NCBI GenBank assembly: GCA_973895155.1
Contig: OZ316899.1
Coordinates: 12,058,834 to 12,122,833, forward strand
DNA: 64,000 bases
DNA from: Marsupella aquatica
Taxonomy: Eukaryota; Plantae; Marchantiophyta
Reading direction: 5' to 3'
The notes under the pieces were generated by a model. The model saw nothing but the letters and a program-made list of their open reading frames with translations, had not been told where the DNA came from and ran no database searches. Below, piece by piece: positions 1 to 12,086 of the stretch. Made by a program: the position numbers and the translations under genes. How positions within the stretch are numbered: position 1 is the first letter of the stretch; each line of letters starts with the position of its first letter.

Positions 1-844
1 GTGGCCAGAGTCAAAAGTCGAGCAGCTGAGGTTCAGGTAAGGTTGTTTGCAGGTTTTGGAACGACAAAGGAAGGTTTCACTTACCAAGATGGGCACTGGG
101 CAAGGGCTTGTCTAGAAGGCGAGTGCAAAATAAGGGGAATGAAAGGCAAAGTGAGGGCCTTATTTGACTTAGGTTCTGAGATTAACTTGATGTCTAAGAG
201 TGTTTATGAAAAAGGGCAATGGATGATTGATAAGGAGTTGGTTTGGGCTGTGAATTCCATGAGTTCCATGAGGGATTTCCTTTGGGGTGGTTGTTTTGAT
301 GTTATTGTGAAGTTCGGGAATGTGGCCCAATCTTGTAATATTTTTGTTCATGAACTATTGTCATTCCCACTCATTTTGGGCATGCCATTCATAACTACGT
401 TGAGAATGGAGACCAAGGTACTTGATGATACTACGTACATGGTGAAGATTTGGAGTAGCGATGGGATCCAGGTGGTGCAATTCCCTACTGTGTTCCCTAG
501 AAATGTGCAAAACCGGAAGGAATTGCGAGAACCAAGGACTGAGGTCGAGAGGAACTCTAACGAGGAAAGAGAACAGGGAAACAGGTTTGCGCACTACTGA
601 AGTTCGTGGAACAGCGGAGTGCTTGTGTTTTGGCTCCACAGGATAACAAGTGTTTTTCCAGTTTGTTTGTAGGTTGCACTCAAACTAGCAAAGTTACCTA
701 TGTTGGTGGGAGTGAGATGACCAAGCAGCATAAGAGATATGTGAAAGAAGCAAGTCAGACTTTGGCTAAGTCTAATGAGCTTGATGATGATGAGAGTCTG
801 GAAGGGGTTTTGGTGGAAACCGGATGTGACGAGCCACTCGAGAG
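1..844 (+). pseudogene. Ty3/gypsy element A, gag-end/aspartic protease region (5' part outside the window)
   Basis: ORF 1..600 has ALFDLGSEINLM (protease D[TS]G-like motif) and FPLILGMPF. The frame DEPLE|SVVFDLE continues at 12087 once the DNA transposon is removed. Confidence 0.8.
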
Positions 845-857
845 GAGGCTTTTCACG

Positions 858-920
858 GTGACAGCAAACAACAAACAGGAAACAGCAAATAGCAAACAGT
901 AAAGCTCATAGCAGCAAATG
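858..920 (+). repeat. Left subterminal ~7-bp repeats (ACAGCAA/ACAACAA/ACAGGAA)
   Basis: gacagcaaacaacaaacaggaaacagcaaatagcaaacagtaaa. Similar arrays occur at 33222-33266, 41672-41720 and (reverse) 55970-56040. Confidence 0.75.
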
Positions 921-1413
921 TCTGCACCAAAAAATCTTCCCTAATCCGACATCTCTTGTAAAATGAGATCGAAACCTCTAAAATCCATCATTTTGAAACA
1001 CATCGTAATACTAGCGCCCAGCGCTACAGTCCTGAAATAGTCCAAAATACCCGAAACCTCATTCGAAACATCTATATGCAAAAGTATCCCCAAAAACATA
1101 TGTATACTAGCGCCCGACGTTAGTATACAGACCTCAATAACAGACTTAAAACAAAGATCAACTAAAGACCATCAGATGCCAATTGATGAAACATTGGGAA
1201 AGGGGGAAGTCGTATTCTAATATCACCCAACTGTAATACATCCCAAGTTAAGATTGTCCACTTCACAGAGGAAAGTTTAGTCAAAAAACAATGTGGACAG
1301 TCCGTCTCACTTTATAAACACCCATCAATATTACATGTGTTCACAATAGCGCCAAGCGCTATTTTGTAAAATAGCCAATATCTATATCCCCAAAATATAG
1401 TTTTAAAGTCTGG

Positions 1414-4400
1414 CTAGCCATCAAATTCTGAATCAGTCGAATCTCGTTCTGATTCTTCTTCACTACTTTGTGATCTATCAGTAGACTCAGCTTTGTCGTC
1501 TACATACTTGCTCGGGACGATGTCATCGACATAGCGATTCTTCATAAACTTTCTATCAGAGCCCCTTTTTAGCCTCAGGCCTTTGCTTTCCCAAGTCAGC
1601 ATTCTCACAGAATCTGCTTTTTGAGCCGCCTTTTCTGCATAAGAAGGCAAGACAAACGGCTTCTCCGGGGTTTCTATTGCATTCCTAGCGACTTTCCTCC
1701 ATAGTTGAAAGCGCTTCCAAAGATTCCACTCAGACCTGGAAAGTTGAATCCGATATCTTTAGTCGGGTCCGGGAAAATGGTGGAATGTTGGAGACACTAA
1801 CGTCACACTTAAAAAGAAAAAAAAGACAGGGAAGCTGAAGATCATTACTCAGAAGACTCTTCACTATCCTCAGATTCAGAAGACCCGAGGTTCACCACTT
1901 TCTTGGAGGCCCCATCATCTTTGGACTGTTGCGTACCATCGCCTCCATCATTGTCCTCGTCAGAATCAAAATAAAGAACAGCACGGAGTCTGTCTTGCTT
2001 GTTACTCCCCACCTGCCGGTGCGGAGGCGTGGACATGGAGGCCTCTTTATTCTCGAGAAGTCCAAAGAAAAGTTTTGTGGCAGTGTCGAGAAACTCTTTA
2101 CGATTTTCAATCCCGACTACAAACCTCCCACAATGATCTCCAGCAACAAATGTACTTCCCGCCCCAACAGTCCAGTCCATGACAATATCCCTAGGGAGGG
2201 TAATTAATTCTAAAACGGACTGCATGAAACCCACAGGCAGCCTTGAATTCCCAGCAAACGCAAGCTCCGGCAGAGGATCATTTTTTGGCATGGGAAAACC
2301 AATGAGATTGGTTATTGAAGGATCCTCTGTATGTGAAAGAGGCCAAAATTTGGGATCCTTAGGGACCCTACCTTTGGACAAAACACGCCCAAAAACATTG
2401 AGAGTGAGCGTAAAAATCTGCACATCGAATAACGTTTTGTTCATAATAAACATCAGATGCTACGTCAAGAATACGGAAACATTTCACGAAGAGGATATTC
2501 CACACTAGCGCCTGGCGCTAGCGTCGCCGTCAATCTCCAAAGGAGGACACCAAACAGAAACTTTGGAATAGCGCCAGGCGCTACTATACATACCTGCATA
2601 TCCGAGAGAGGCCTGTACATTGGAGTGCCCATAACAACATTGTGTGTCGAGATACACTGGAATTTCTGTGAATCTTGACAATCTGCAATGACCTTGGAAA
2701 CTTGGTCATAGTCGCCTCTGTGCAAAATCGCTAGCAATCCATCATCTGCTAGGAAAGGATCCATTGTTCTGAAAAAGGCACTTGGAATCGTATAATCTTG
2801 AAGGTTCCATTTAGGAACCTTCCTATCCACAAGTGTTGGTTTCAACCCAGTCGGAAGATATATGAAACCAGCATCAACTCCAAAAGCTCTTTCTTTTCCC
2901 CCTCGGACAACCCCTTTTTCTTGATCCCCAGACTTCACCAGCTCTTTCCCCCAACCTTCAATATTAGAAACCCAGTCCGGCTTTTCTCCCTTGTTAAATA
3001 GGGAATCAAAACATTCTGTAACACTCAACTCCACAAAACAATGTCGAGTACACTTTTGTTTGAAATTCCCCACATCTCTTTGCAATCTAGTAGACGAAAC
3101 TGAATCTCGGGACGAAGATGCGAACCTATCCTCAAGTGTTCCTCTCTTTTTCTTCTTCTTCATACTTGTCGCGTCCACTGGAACCACTGCCTTTCCACTC
3201 TCCCCAGGGGTTCCCTGATCTGGTGTATTTTCTGCACCAGTGTTAGCTTCAGAGGCTTGAGGAGTAGCGTCCTCTTTTACATCACCGGTAGCATCCGACC
3301 TCCTTCCCCCTGAAAGACGGAGAGGCGTTACTCAACGAAACTAGTTCTCATAATAGCGCTCGGCGCTAGTATCAATTGGGGGAAAATACGTCACACAAAC
3401 AAGAGCGGGAATACTTTACTGAATCCTAAGAGGCAAACTTACATTTTTTAAGCGATCGAGTTGATTCACTGGGAGCTGCAGATTCATTCTTGGCCTTCAC
3501 TCTTGGCTTTCGGCTCCGGTCAACATGCACGACGACTGTCTCGCATTTCTTCTGTAGTTTAGTTGTCGAAGCGTCCACTTCAATCGCAAGACCCTGCTTC
3601 ATCTCCGATATGTACCTTGCTAGGATTTGCGACTTCTGTAACTTCATGAAAGCGTCTTTCTCCACCTCATCGAAAGGCAAATCCCATTTGTCAGTGTCAA
3701 GATACCATGGGCAGTGGAGTCTCTCCCACTCTGACAAGGCGCGAGGTGGGAAATTTCCCTCAGCTGGGTACATTGAATACAGATCAACAAGGTGGTCACC
3801 ATCTTTGATAATCACCCACTTTTGAAATGCACCAGGGTAAGCCCACAAAACCTCAGGAGATTGCAACTCCATCCACATGTAGAAACGGTAAACGTATCGC
3901 TTGGCTCGTTTCCGGTTCCGCTCAGTGTAGTCCTCCTTGTCTGCATACTTTGATGGCCACATTATGTTGAAAAATTTAGCCTTTACAAGGTCTCCAAATG
4001 ATTTGAATTCTTCGATAATGGACTTCATGAGAACATCCAAGGACTCACAACCAGACTTGACAAGACGATCATCTGGCATGCAATCCAAAACCTGCTCGAG
4101 CGAGGTGAGGATCAATCCAGTAGCAATTTCCTCCACTGAATTCCAGATATGCCAGGTTTGGCACCATTGTTTTACAGGATCGTCGTTCACACTAGCCGGA
4201 TGAAAGAACTGTTTTCGAATCTCCGGAGTGCAATGGGCAACGAGAAGGGTACACCTTAACTTTGGATCCAGATAAGTAACTGTAGTAAACAGACGAGCAC
4301 GGTCCATAGTGCAAACAACTGTATCGGGCTTTTTTTCTCTTTTGTTCTTCTCTGTGACGGGAAACATTTCAGCACATGTAGCCAAGTAGTCACCAAAATC

Positions 4401-5619
4401 AGGGTGCAGCAATGGAGTGATCTTTGTTACTTTGATAGCCCAGTCTTTTGTCGCTTCCTTCATCATAGCTTCATGCCTCTTCTGCGTCTCCTCTTCGGAC
4501 CACGGAGTCCCCTGGGAGGCTACAAAATCCATGTCCACTTTGAACTGGTTTGTGTAAGATTTAATCTTGTTCTCACACAAAATGTAGATGAGCGCGTCTT
4601 GTGGCATCTTGTGTGTATCAAGAACCCTTTCGAGTCTTCTTTCGAATGGCTTCAAACTTAGCATAACTCGTAGCATCAATGAGGGGTTTGTAGTGCTCTA
4701 GGTCACGGGATAAAAGACGAGAGATTCTGTTGGCATCAAGAATCCAAGATGGCTTGACCACAGCTTGTCCCAACCTACGTCAAAATTTAAATGTAAATTA
4801 GCAGCGTCGGGCGCTAGTAAAACACCAAAGATAATATCACATCCAAAATCCATCTTGAACTAGTACGTCATATTAAATGAGTTTGTCCTGAGGAATGGCT
4901 TACTGGTTGATAGCGTGCATGGCAGCCTCAAGCTCCACGAGGGAACCTTTATCTCCATTGAAAGCAATGCAAGTCACACGAGGGTGGTACTTAATGTTGT
5001 CCGGATGCTCTGCTGTCACAATCGACCACGAATACAAATGGTGATTTCCATCAAAGACACAAAACATCTTGTCCTTCAAAACTCTGAAATCAGGATCAGC
5101 GTCACACTCTTCCTTGAACTTGTCATTCTCGGAAACCCAGATTGGGTCCCAAGAGGCTCTAATCTCATTAGTGCAAATCTGTGGAACCCCATCCGCATTC
5201 GTTGGCTGTACGTAAAATGGCATGCCCATGCGCAAATTGTATCCAGAAATCCGGAATGACTCCTTCAATTTGTCGATGGAGGCGCTCTGCTTCTGCAACG
5301 TCCGCACCACTTCCATATGAATCAATTGACATAGAGGAATTTGTGGAGGCTCCTTCTCCAATCCTCTGAAATCTTTCCCAAAGGACAAGACATGCTTGGA
5401 AATGTAATCGTCCATTGAAAGTCCAGCAACACCGAAATCAACTCGAGCAACTTCCTCACTCGTGTCCATTCTCCCCCTTCTTGATCGTGCAGTTGGAAGA
5501 GTTGAGCCAATGTCTGAATGTGAATGAGACGCAGCAGACCGAGTCACGCGATGGGTGTACATAGAACCTGAAAAAGAGGACTGTGAGGACTCGGAATGAT
5601 CGGCATGACTATCTCCCAT
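1414..5619 (-). pseudogene. Cargo gene: ParB/Srx-like domain + unknown central domain + beta-class N4/N6 DNA methyltransferase-like domain (~1200 aa, 5 exons)
   Basis: Predicted exons 5619-4904, 4774-3443, 3309-2594, 2417-1849 and 1735-1414 are joined by GT-AG introns that keep the frame. Motifs: IPLCQL..IDKLKESFRISGY..VFDGNHHLYSW (ParB-like) and RLPVGFMQSVLELITLPRDIVMDWTVGAGSTFVAGDHCGRFVVGIENRKEF (MTase SAM-binding end). One stop plus frameshift near 4615. Homologue at 34810-38680. Confidence 0.8.
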
Positions 5620-6589
5620 CCTCGTATTACCCCACTGAGAGATGGCGATGGCATTGAGCAGAACGTTGGACAGTATCGTACAACTCTCCCAGAGCCCCTG
5701 ATCCAGTACGGAGTAACAGACTCAGGTATAGAATGTCACGCTCGAACAGATTGCTCTAGGAGAATCACGTCTCTCCCACGAGCGCCAAGCCTAATTAGAA
5801 GGTTAAGACATGGAGTCTTGAGCACATTAGAGTGTTGCTCAACGGTAACACCAACAGATCTGAACACTTGGAAGATTACCATTGGACCAGAAACCGTCTT
5901 ATGTGACCAGCAATCCTCAATGTTACGCGTGACCATCAATTCTCAAGGTTACGCATGACTAGCAATCCTCAGTGTTACCGTTAAAATATGACCGTTGATC
6001 GTTTTGGCCTTATTGATAGCGCCAAGCGCTAGCAAAAACAACTCCATATTACCTGATTCAAACTACTAATTTCAATAGCGCCGAGCGCTAACAAATCTCC
6101 CACGCATATATATTTTACACAATTCAAATGGAATTCATGGATAGATGGACAAAATGGACATTATTTGGACCATTTTATCCGTAAGCGTTATTAGCGCTCG
6201 GCGCTATCATAAATCGCATCCAAATCGATGTTACTCATCACGAGAGAGTAATACAAACTCTTACATATCCACAAATATTTAAGAATCCATCTGGTGTTAG
6301 AAGCATAAGTTTGAGCATTCCAATGCTAGCGCCAAGCGCTAATATGGAACTTGTCACGGGTAAGACCACTCCATCAAAAACTACAAGCATTACGAAGACT
6401 TTCAAAAGACATTTGGTGAAAAGATTTACTCATTCCCGTAAGGCAAAACATCGAAAAACACAAACTGAATAATGAAAAATGCATAAGGGAATGGCTAATA
6501 GATTCAAACTCCATTTAATGGTATCGGCTTTACTTCACAAAGTCTTGAAATATTGAGTAAAAACATGAGAGTAACCTCCCAATAGATTC

Positions 6590-7197
6590 CGAGACTATCG
6601 TGCTGGCAAAAGATTGACTACCATTTCTACCATCACTGCATCAACTGGTCGTGGTTGTCAACATCAAACTCCACCAAATGAGGTTGGTAATCTACTCAGG
6701 ACTACTAGGTTCTCCAGGATCAGACGGTCCATGCGTTAATCTCCAGGATCAGTTGATCAGTTAATCTTCCCACCAGCTTGGCTTGTACGCGTCCGAATCA
6801 TTGTTGGAATCGCTAGAACCAACGCCCCAGCGAAACCCACTCCGACTGCAAGAGGAGTCGTCATTGGACCCCGACTCGTCGGGGGTCCCTGCATCATCGT
6901 CTGTATCCTCGCCTTCACTTGAAGAACTTTTTCCATGTCTAGGTGACGGGTTCAACAAAGATAAGCCCGCCTTCGACACCTACATTTCTGTGCGACGGGT
7001 TGAACTTCTGCTTTAGCCTAAGGAGCACCATCTGGTGCGGATACAACCCAGGTTTTCACAATTACTTTCCCCTACGCCAAGATCGGGACGTTCGAATGAG
7101 AAGGAGGCTTCACGAGAGACTTCTCCTCAGCGCCCTCTCCATCGCTACCGCTTTGAAATGTAACTTGCGCCTTCCCCTTAGCTCGTGGTGGAGCCAT
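6590..7197 (-). pseudogene. Possible decayed low-complexity third ORF in copy 1
   Basis: Reads MAPPRAKGKAQVTFQSGSDGEG... with in-frame stops, then an acidic/Ser-rich segment (6761-6979). No recognisable domain. Confidence 0.3.
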
Positions 7198-7843
7198 GGA
7201 AACTTAAACAAACTACTCTAAACGATCGAGACTGAACAAAAGTTTCTTGTATGAAACCGGACACGGGAGCGCAAAAAATGTTTCTGAGAAAAAAGAACTT
7301 CAAATGGTGAGAGGCAGACTCGCCGGCCAGGTTTTGAGGACAGAGGTGAGAACGTTTGGATTTCCGTGGACGTCTCAGATGTAATGGTTTCCGATCGTGC
7401 AATTGACGTCCGAGATGCGTCGATTGTGAAAACTTAAATGCACACGTGCGTACTTGGACCGAGTCACGGATTTCCTGTCCATTGTTAGAGGTATAATGTA
7501 CGAGCTTTGATGATAGCGCCGAGCGCTATTATTACGATCTGAGTTTTCCCTGTCCTCCTCGCCATGCGGTACTATATTCGGTCGAGAGTCATGCTTCCAT
7601 TGTCAAGTTGTTCCCCATTCACAAAAGTAGCGCCCGACGCTACTAAACTCCCAGCAATTAAGCTGGTTCAATACAGCCATTGAATAACGACAAAATTCAA
7701 TTGATTTACATCGTCCAAACCATTAACGTAACTTTCTTTGTCATTATTCAACGTTCGTTTATACTGTCGTTATTAACCTCGTACATCAAACAAGCCTTAA
7801 ACCGATTGGGGAAGTGAGACATTGATTATTATCTTCCGCTGAA

Positions 7844-10800
7844 ATGGGACGATCGATCGTAGTGAGACGCAAGGACACGCGGGATGTCGTCACGGTTGTC
7901 GTATCCCCTGAATCTCAGTCAAGGAGAGTTTTGGATGAATACTTGGGGTTGAGATTTGATGTTTCCAAAGAGTGTATTCTCTCTATGTCCCTCCTCCCTA
8001 AGGATTCAAAGGCAAATACCATCTTCTATGATGTCGTCGATGGACTCAAGTTTTGGACGATGTATCCGGAGAAAGTATACGAGGTCTTTGTTTTGGAAGA
8101 TTCTGAAGCATCGGAAGATCTATGTCCTGTTCCCGGTGGTGTTGATGTTGTCAATCTGTCTGACACTTTGGAAGACGACGGGAAGAATTCGCCCCTTTCC
8201 TTTGATGTCCCAAAAAGGATCTCAGTGGATCCCTTGGTGGTGAAGATGGAGGTTCAAGATGTCCCAATTGTACATCGGCAAAGTGCGATGGATACTATCC
8301 TAAAATCGAAGGGACATAGCGAGTTATCTCATTTCATCAGGGAGAAGGATTTCACACATCAGATAGTTCCCAGCCTCCCGATGATATACAATGGGAATGT
8401 TGTGTTTGAGTTGCCTCCAGTCGATTGCGTGAATTTGAAAGGGGAACGACTGAAGGACATGGACCGCGGGAAGGATTGCTATTACTAGACGCGCATTGTC
8501 AAGACATCTTGAATGTTTTACCGAAGAAGATGTGGGATTTTGGAAAGGTTCAGTGTACCGGTTCTCTTGAATGTCGAAACAATTCTTGCCAATTCTGGAG
8601 AGACAAAAAGACTAGGAACAACCAAGTCTGGGCGAGATCACCAAAACTATCAGGAACCTTTCGAGTTGGAGAACTCATACCGCAAGGTGGTATTGTCTGT
8701 CACCACTATTCTGAACCTCCGATGTGTACAAGATCGTGTCCGGCCATGATGTTCTATATGTATCCTTCGGCCAAAGTGGATTCAACTCATTTGGCGTATA
8801 TGTCCCGGCTGGCTGTGCACATGGGATTTCACAACCATCCCAGTCATCGAGTGTGGTCGAGAGAGGCTGAAAAGGTTGCTAAGACTCACCTCGCAAAGGA
8901 GTTCCAGGGTAATCCACGAGCTACGCCCGCTGGGATAAAGAATGTGGCTACAGACTCTCTAACCAATGCCCTCTGTGAGGAATCCGTGGAGGAATGTCTT
9001 CGGAAGAGGAGAAGGAGATCTGGGAGTCCCTCATGGTTGTTGCTACCCCACAAAAGTTTGCTTCTGTTCTGCGAAGTGTGAGACAAGACCAGAAAGGCAA
9101 AGGTGAGCTTGAATATTTGGTGCGGATGCAAAAGTGTGTGAGACTTCCCTTTCTTCATAGGTATTTGCTTCCAGGCCAAGGATGTCGAGACGAAAGTGCT
9201 CACATCTTCAAGATGACTGTGAAAGGCGAAGGATCTGGGATCGACCTTCTCCGGAAAATGCAGACCGGTGGTTCATTAGAAGGGTCATGGGTGAGTTTCG
9301 ACGTCATGCATAGAATTACATCAGACTGGCTAACTTTTAGTGTTCATGTATATGATCATCACTATCGGGCGATTTGTACAATTTTCACTTGTGAATTAAA
9401 GGCTGAAGACACCAAGTCCTTAGAGAGAGCGTGGCGATTGATGATAGAAGTTGCGAGTGAAAATGGTCTGGAGAACATTCAAATTTGAGGATTCATGGCG
9501 GACAATGCCCAGGCTGGATGGAATGTGGTGCAAAATGTTTTCTTCAATGGGGTACCTGATCCTGACCGAGAGCGATCAGATGCGTTTCATTTTTATCAGT
9601 CATTTTGTCGGCATTCTCGCGAAGGTGTTCCAGAAGGAAAACTTGAAGAACACAAGAAGATGTGGGACGGTCTTCGTAACGCAAAAACATTTTTGGACGC
9701 ATATCGTATGTCAAGAGAGATCGACGATTGGTGGAGAGCTGGAAATTGCCATCAGGGGAAGCTTTGAATGTTGCAAGGGTGGCTCTCATGGTGGGTCGTC
9801 CGTTGGAGACAATGGGGAAACTTCATTAGGCTGGTAAGGATTTTCTTAGATTCATGATAGTCCGTTACCATTGATTTGTAATAGCGCCCGACGCTAATAT
9901 GGAAAATGATTATTCTGACTCCAATTCCTTGTTACAGTATAGTAGCGCCAAGCGCTAGTATGAACAAGCACACTTTTGCAACTACGAACATGGCAATGAT
10001 GCAAGAGATTTGATAGCGCCAGGCGCTACTTATATATTAGAGAGTCCATATTGCATAAATACAAACTACATTTGTCGCGAATTACTGTAGTTACTAAATT
10101 TTGTTTCCGATGACAGAGCAAGAGTGCTGAGGAGGCAGGTATGATTCCGAATTGTACTGGTTCGGAATCGGTCCATGCAGGCATGAAGGCGTGGCAAATG
10201 AAGAAGCGGGTTGGCCTCATGGAGGGGTGCAAAACTGACCAAAACCAAGCCGTGTGTCAGATAGCAGCATATACTGCATACGGTCAAGGATTACATCGGG
10301 GAACTGGACCCACTATCTTTGAGCTGGCTTTCAGATCTGCCAACATGACAGGGTCTCCACATCTATTTGAAGAAGCGACCAATCTCCTTTCCAACGTAGC
10401 TGAATTTGATTTGGAAAGAACTGTTCCATTGAATGGAGACTTCATAACTCGATCGGTGAAGCGAAAAGGTAATGCAAGTGGGAATGTCTCGGCACAAGAC
10501 TCTCACAGGCATGATACTATCCTTGTGACTTCACCAAATACAAGGGGTTTGAAGAGAAGAAACCTCCATTCCACAGACTTCGAGAAGATGTCTTCCACAC
10601 CTTCTGCTGGTGGAAGTGGCGTTGTTAATTTGTCTCAAACTGAGAGTGAAGATTCTGAGGAGGTCGTCGTCCTTGAGACACCCTCACGTCGGACGACAAG
10701 ATCTTCTGTTCCTCCCATAGGACATCAAGCTGAGGCCGCGCTTGAGGAATCTCTTCTCCCAATGGAAACTGACATAGCTCCAGGTCTCTGGCAGCTCTCC

Positions 10801-11626
10801 AAAATGCGGTGCTGGTCCAGCTTGTAATGGGACCCTCGGTTGGAGAGGAAGCCGCAATGAATGTCGAAATCGAGTAAAGAAGGTTGGGTTTCCAAATCCA
10901 GAAGGAGTTGCCGCAATATCTGTAAGAGGCTGTAGACTTTTTAGAGGAGAACCTCATCCGGACCAGATATGGTTTTGCCCAAACAACAAATGTCACAAAA
11001 GTTGGCCAAGAAGAGGTGTTTCAAACATTCCCAATATACCATCCGTTCTTCCCATTGCGAGAGGGACCAATCTCCAGGAGGGCGAGATCCAATTCTTGAG
11101 AGAACAAGGTCTACTTGGTACAGGAGAGGTAAGGGAAGGTCAGGAGCCATCCCCGTCTGAGTTACGCATCGATGTGAATTTGTTCCAAGAGAGGATCAAT
11201 TTAGCGGACCCAATTTTCAAATGTGGCTCTAGGAATGGAAGGAAGTGCTTGCAGAGAGTGAATCTAACTCAAACACATTACAAGAAGATCGAAGCATCCA
11301 AAACAGAAGTAATGAGGCTCGTATGCGAGAGAGATGTCATGAGTGGGAATGCGTGGGGGAAGCAGTATTGTATCAGAACACATGAACATAAGAGGAATGC
11401 TGCCTCTTATTGGGTGCAGATTTGTTGTTTCCCTTGCTGTTCATGTGAGGATTTCTATCGGAGGCACATTTATAGGAAACCTTACATGCCTTGCAAACAT
11501 CTATATTGGGTATTCAGGACTGTGTTAAAGTTGAGTCTTCACGATTCGACACTATCTAGTCAACCAGTTCTGACATTGGGCGAAGTCCGTTACCTGCTTG
11601 ATCAACAAAATGGAATGGACATGTAG
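7844..11626 (+). pseudogene. Mutator-like (MULE) transposase with N-terminal GCM-like Zn domain and C-terminal SWIM finger
   Basis: Motifs in order: KVQCTGSLECRNNSC...MGFHNHP; VSFDVMH (D1); FMADNAQAG (D2); SDAFHFYQ (CxxH position); WLSWW; GSESVHAGMK (E); CSCEDF...PCKHLYWV (SWIM). Intron 9834-10116 keeps the frame. Several stops and frameshifts. Confidence 0.85.
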
Positions 11627-12086
11627 TCAATTTGGTGCCGTTCAACAGCTTTAAGTGGCATTTGTCTTTTCTAACGCCCAGAAGATGTACCCGTTTCTTA
11701 CCTAGAAAAATGTGTTGTCTGTTGGTAGCGCCTGGCGCTAGCCAAAGTTTGAAACACATAGCAAATATATTGACTGTTAAATAAAGCGCATCTTCTTATA
11801 ATGACCTTTATATTGCCCATTTATTATCATTGAATGGTGGGCCCCATTATGTTAGCATTTCAGAGAGCGCTTATATGGTTGTTATTTTTTAACATCGAGC
11901 CATTTTTTTGAACTTTGAATAACCTATAAAACTCGTACAAGTAAATAGTTTCTCGTATGAGTAAACAGATTTTCTGCTATGAGTCATTGAAAGCCTCATA
12001 TGAGTAAATTTTTGCTCATACGAGCAAAAAATTTGCTCGTAACAGCAAATCTATTTACTATTTGCTGTCACGGTGGTTATACCCCT

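Larger units (their letters stand above)
1012..11740. repeat. Dispersed 15-bp palindrome TAGCGYY-N-RRCGCTA, 17 copies in copy 1
   Basis: Starts at 1012, 1108, 1347, 2506, 2569, 3354, 4802, 6017, 6076, 6192, 6327, 7514, 7628, 9882, 9943, 10014 and 11726. All are in introns, intergenic or subterminal DNA. Confidence 0.92.
845..12086 (+). mobile_element. Mutator-like DNA transposon copy 1 (11.2 kb) with ParB-methyltransferase cargo gene
   Basis: 6-bp TSD CGAGAG (839-844) / TGAGAG (12087-12092). Ends are GAGGCTTTT... and ...TATACCCCT. Inner inverted repeat CACGGTGACAGCAAA (854) / TTTGCTGTCACGGTG (12061-12075). Excision restores the gypsy pol frame. Contains a DDE+SWIM transposase. Confidence 0.9.

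Noticed and set aside
1414-5619. Bacterial or phage contamination explaining the ParB/MTase motifs
   Set aside because: The gene has conserved spliceosomal introns in both copies and lies inside TSD-bounded plant transposons.
1012-11740. Palindromes as a CRISPR array or REP elements
   Set aside because: They are only 15 bp, spaced irregularly (50 bp to several kb), with no cas genes, in a eukaryotic intron context.
854-12075. CAC-starting inverted repeat as CACTA-like termini of copy 1
   Set aside because: There is no TSD at those positions. The outer boundaries 845/12086 give a 6-bp TSD, match the other family ends and restore the host frame.
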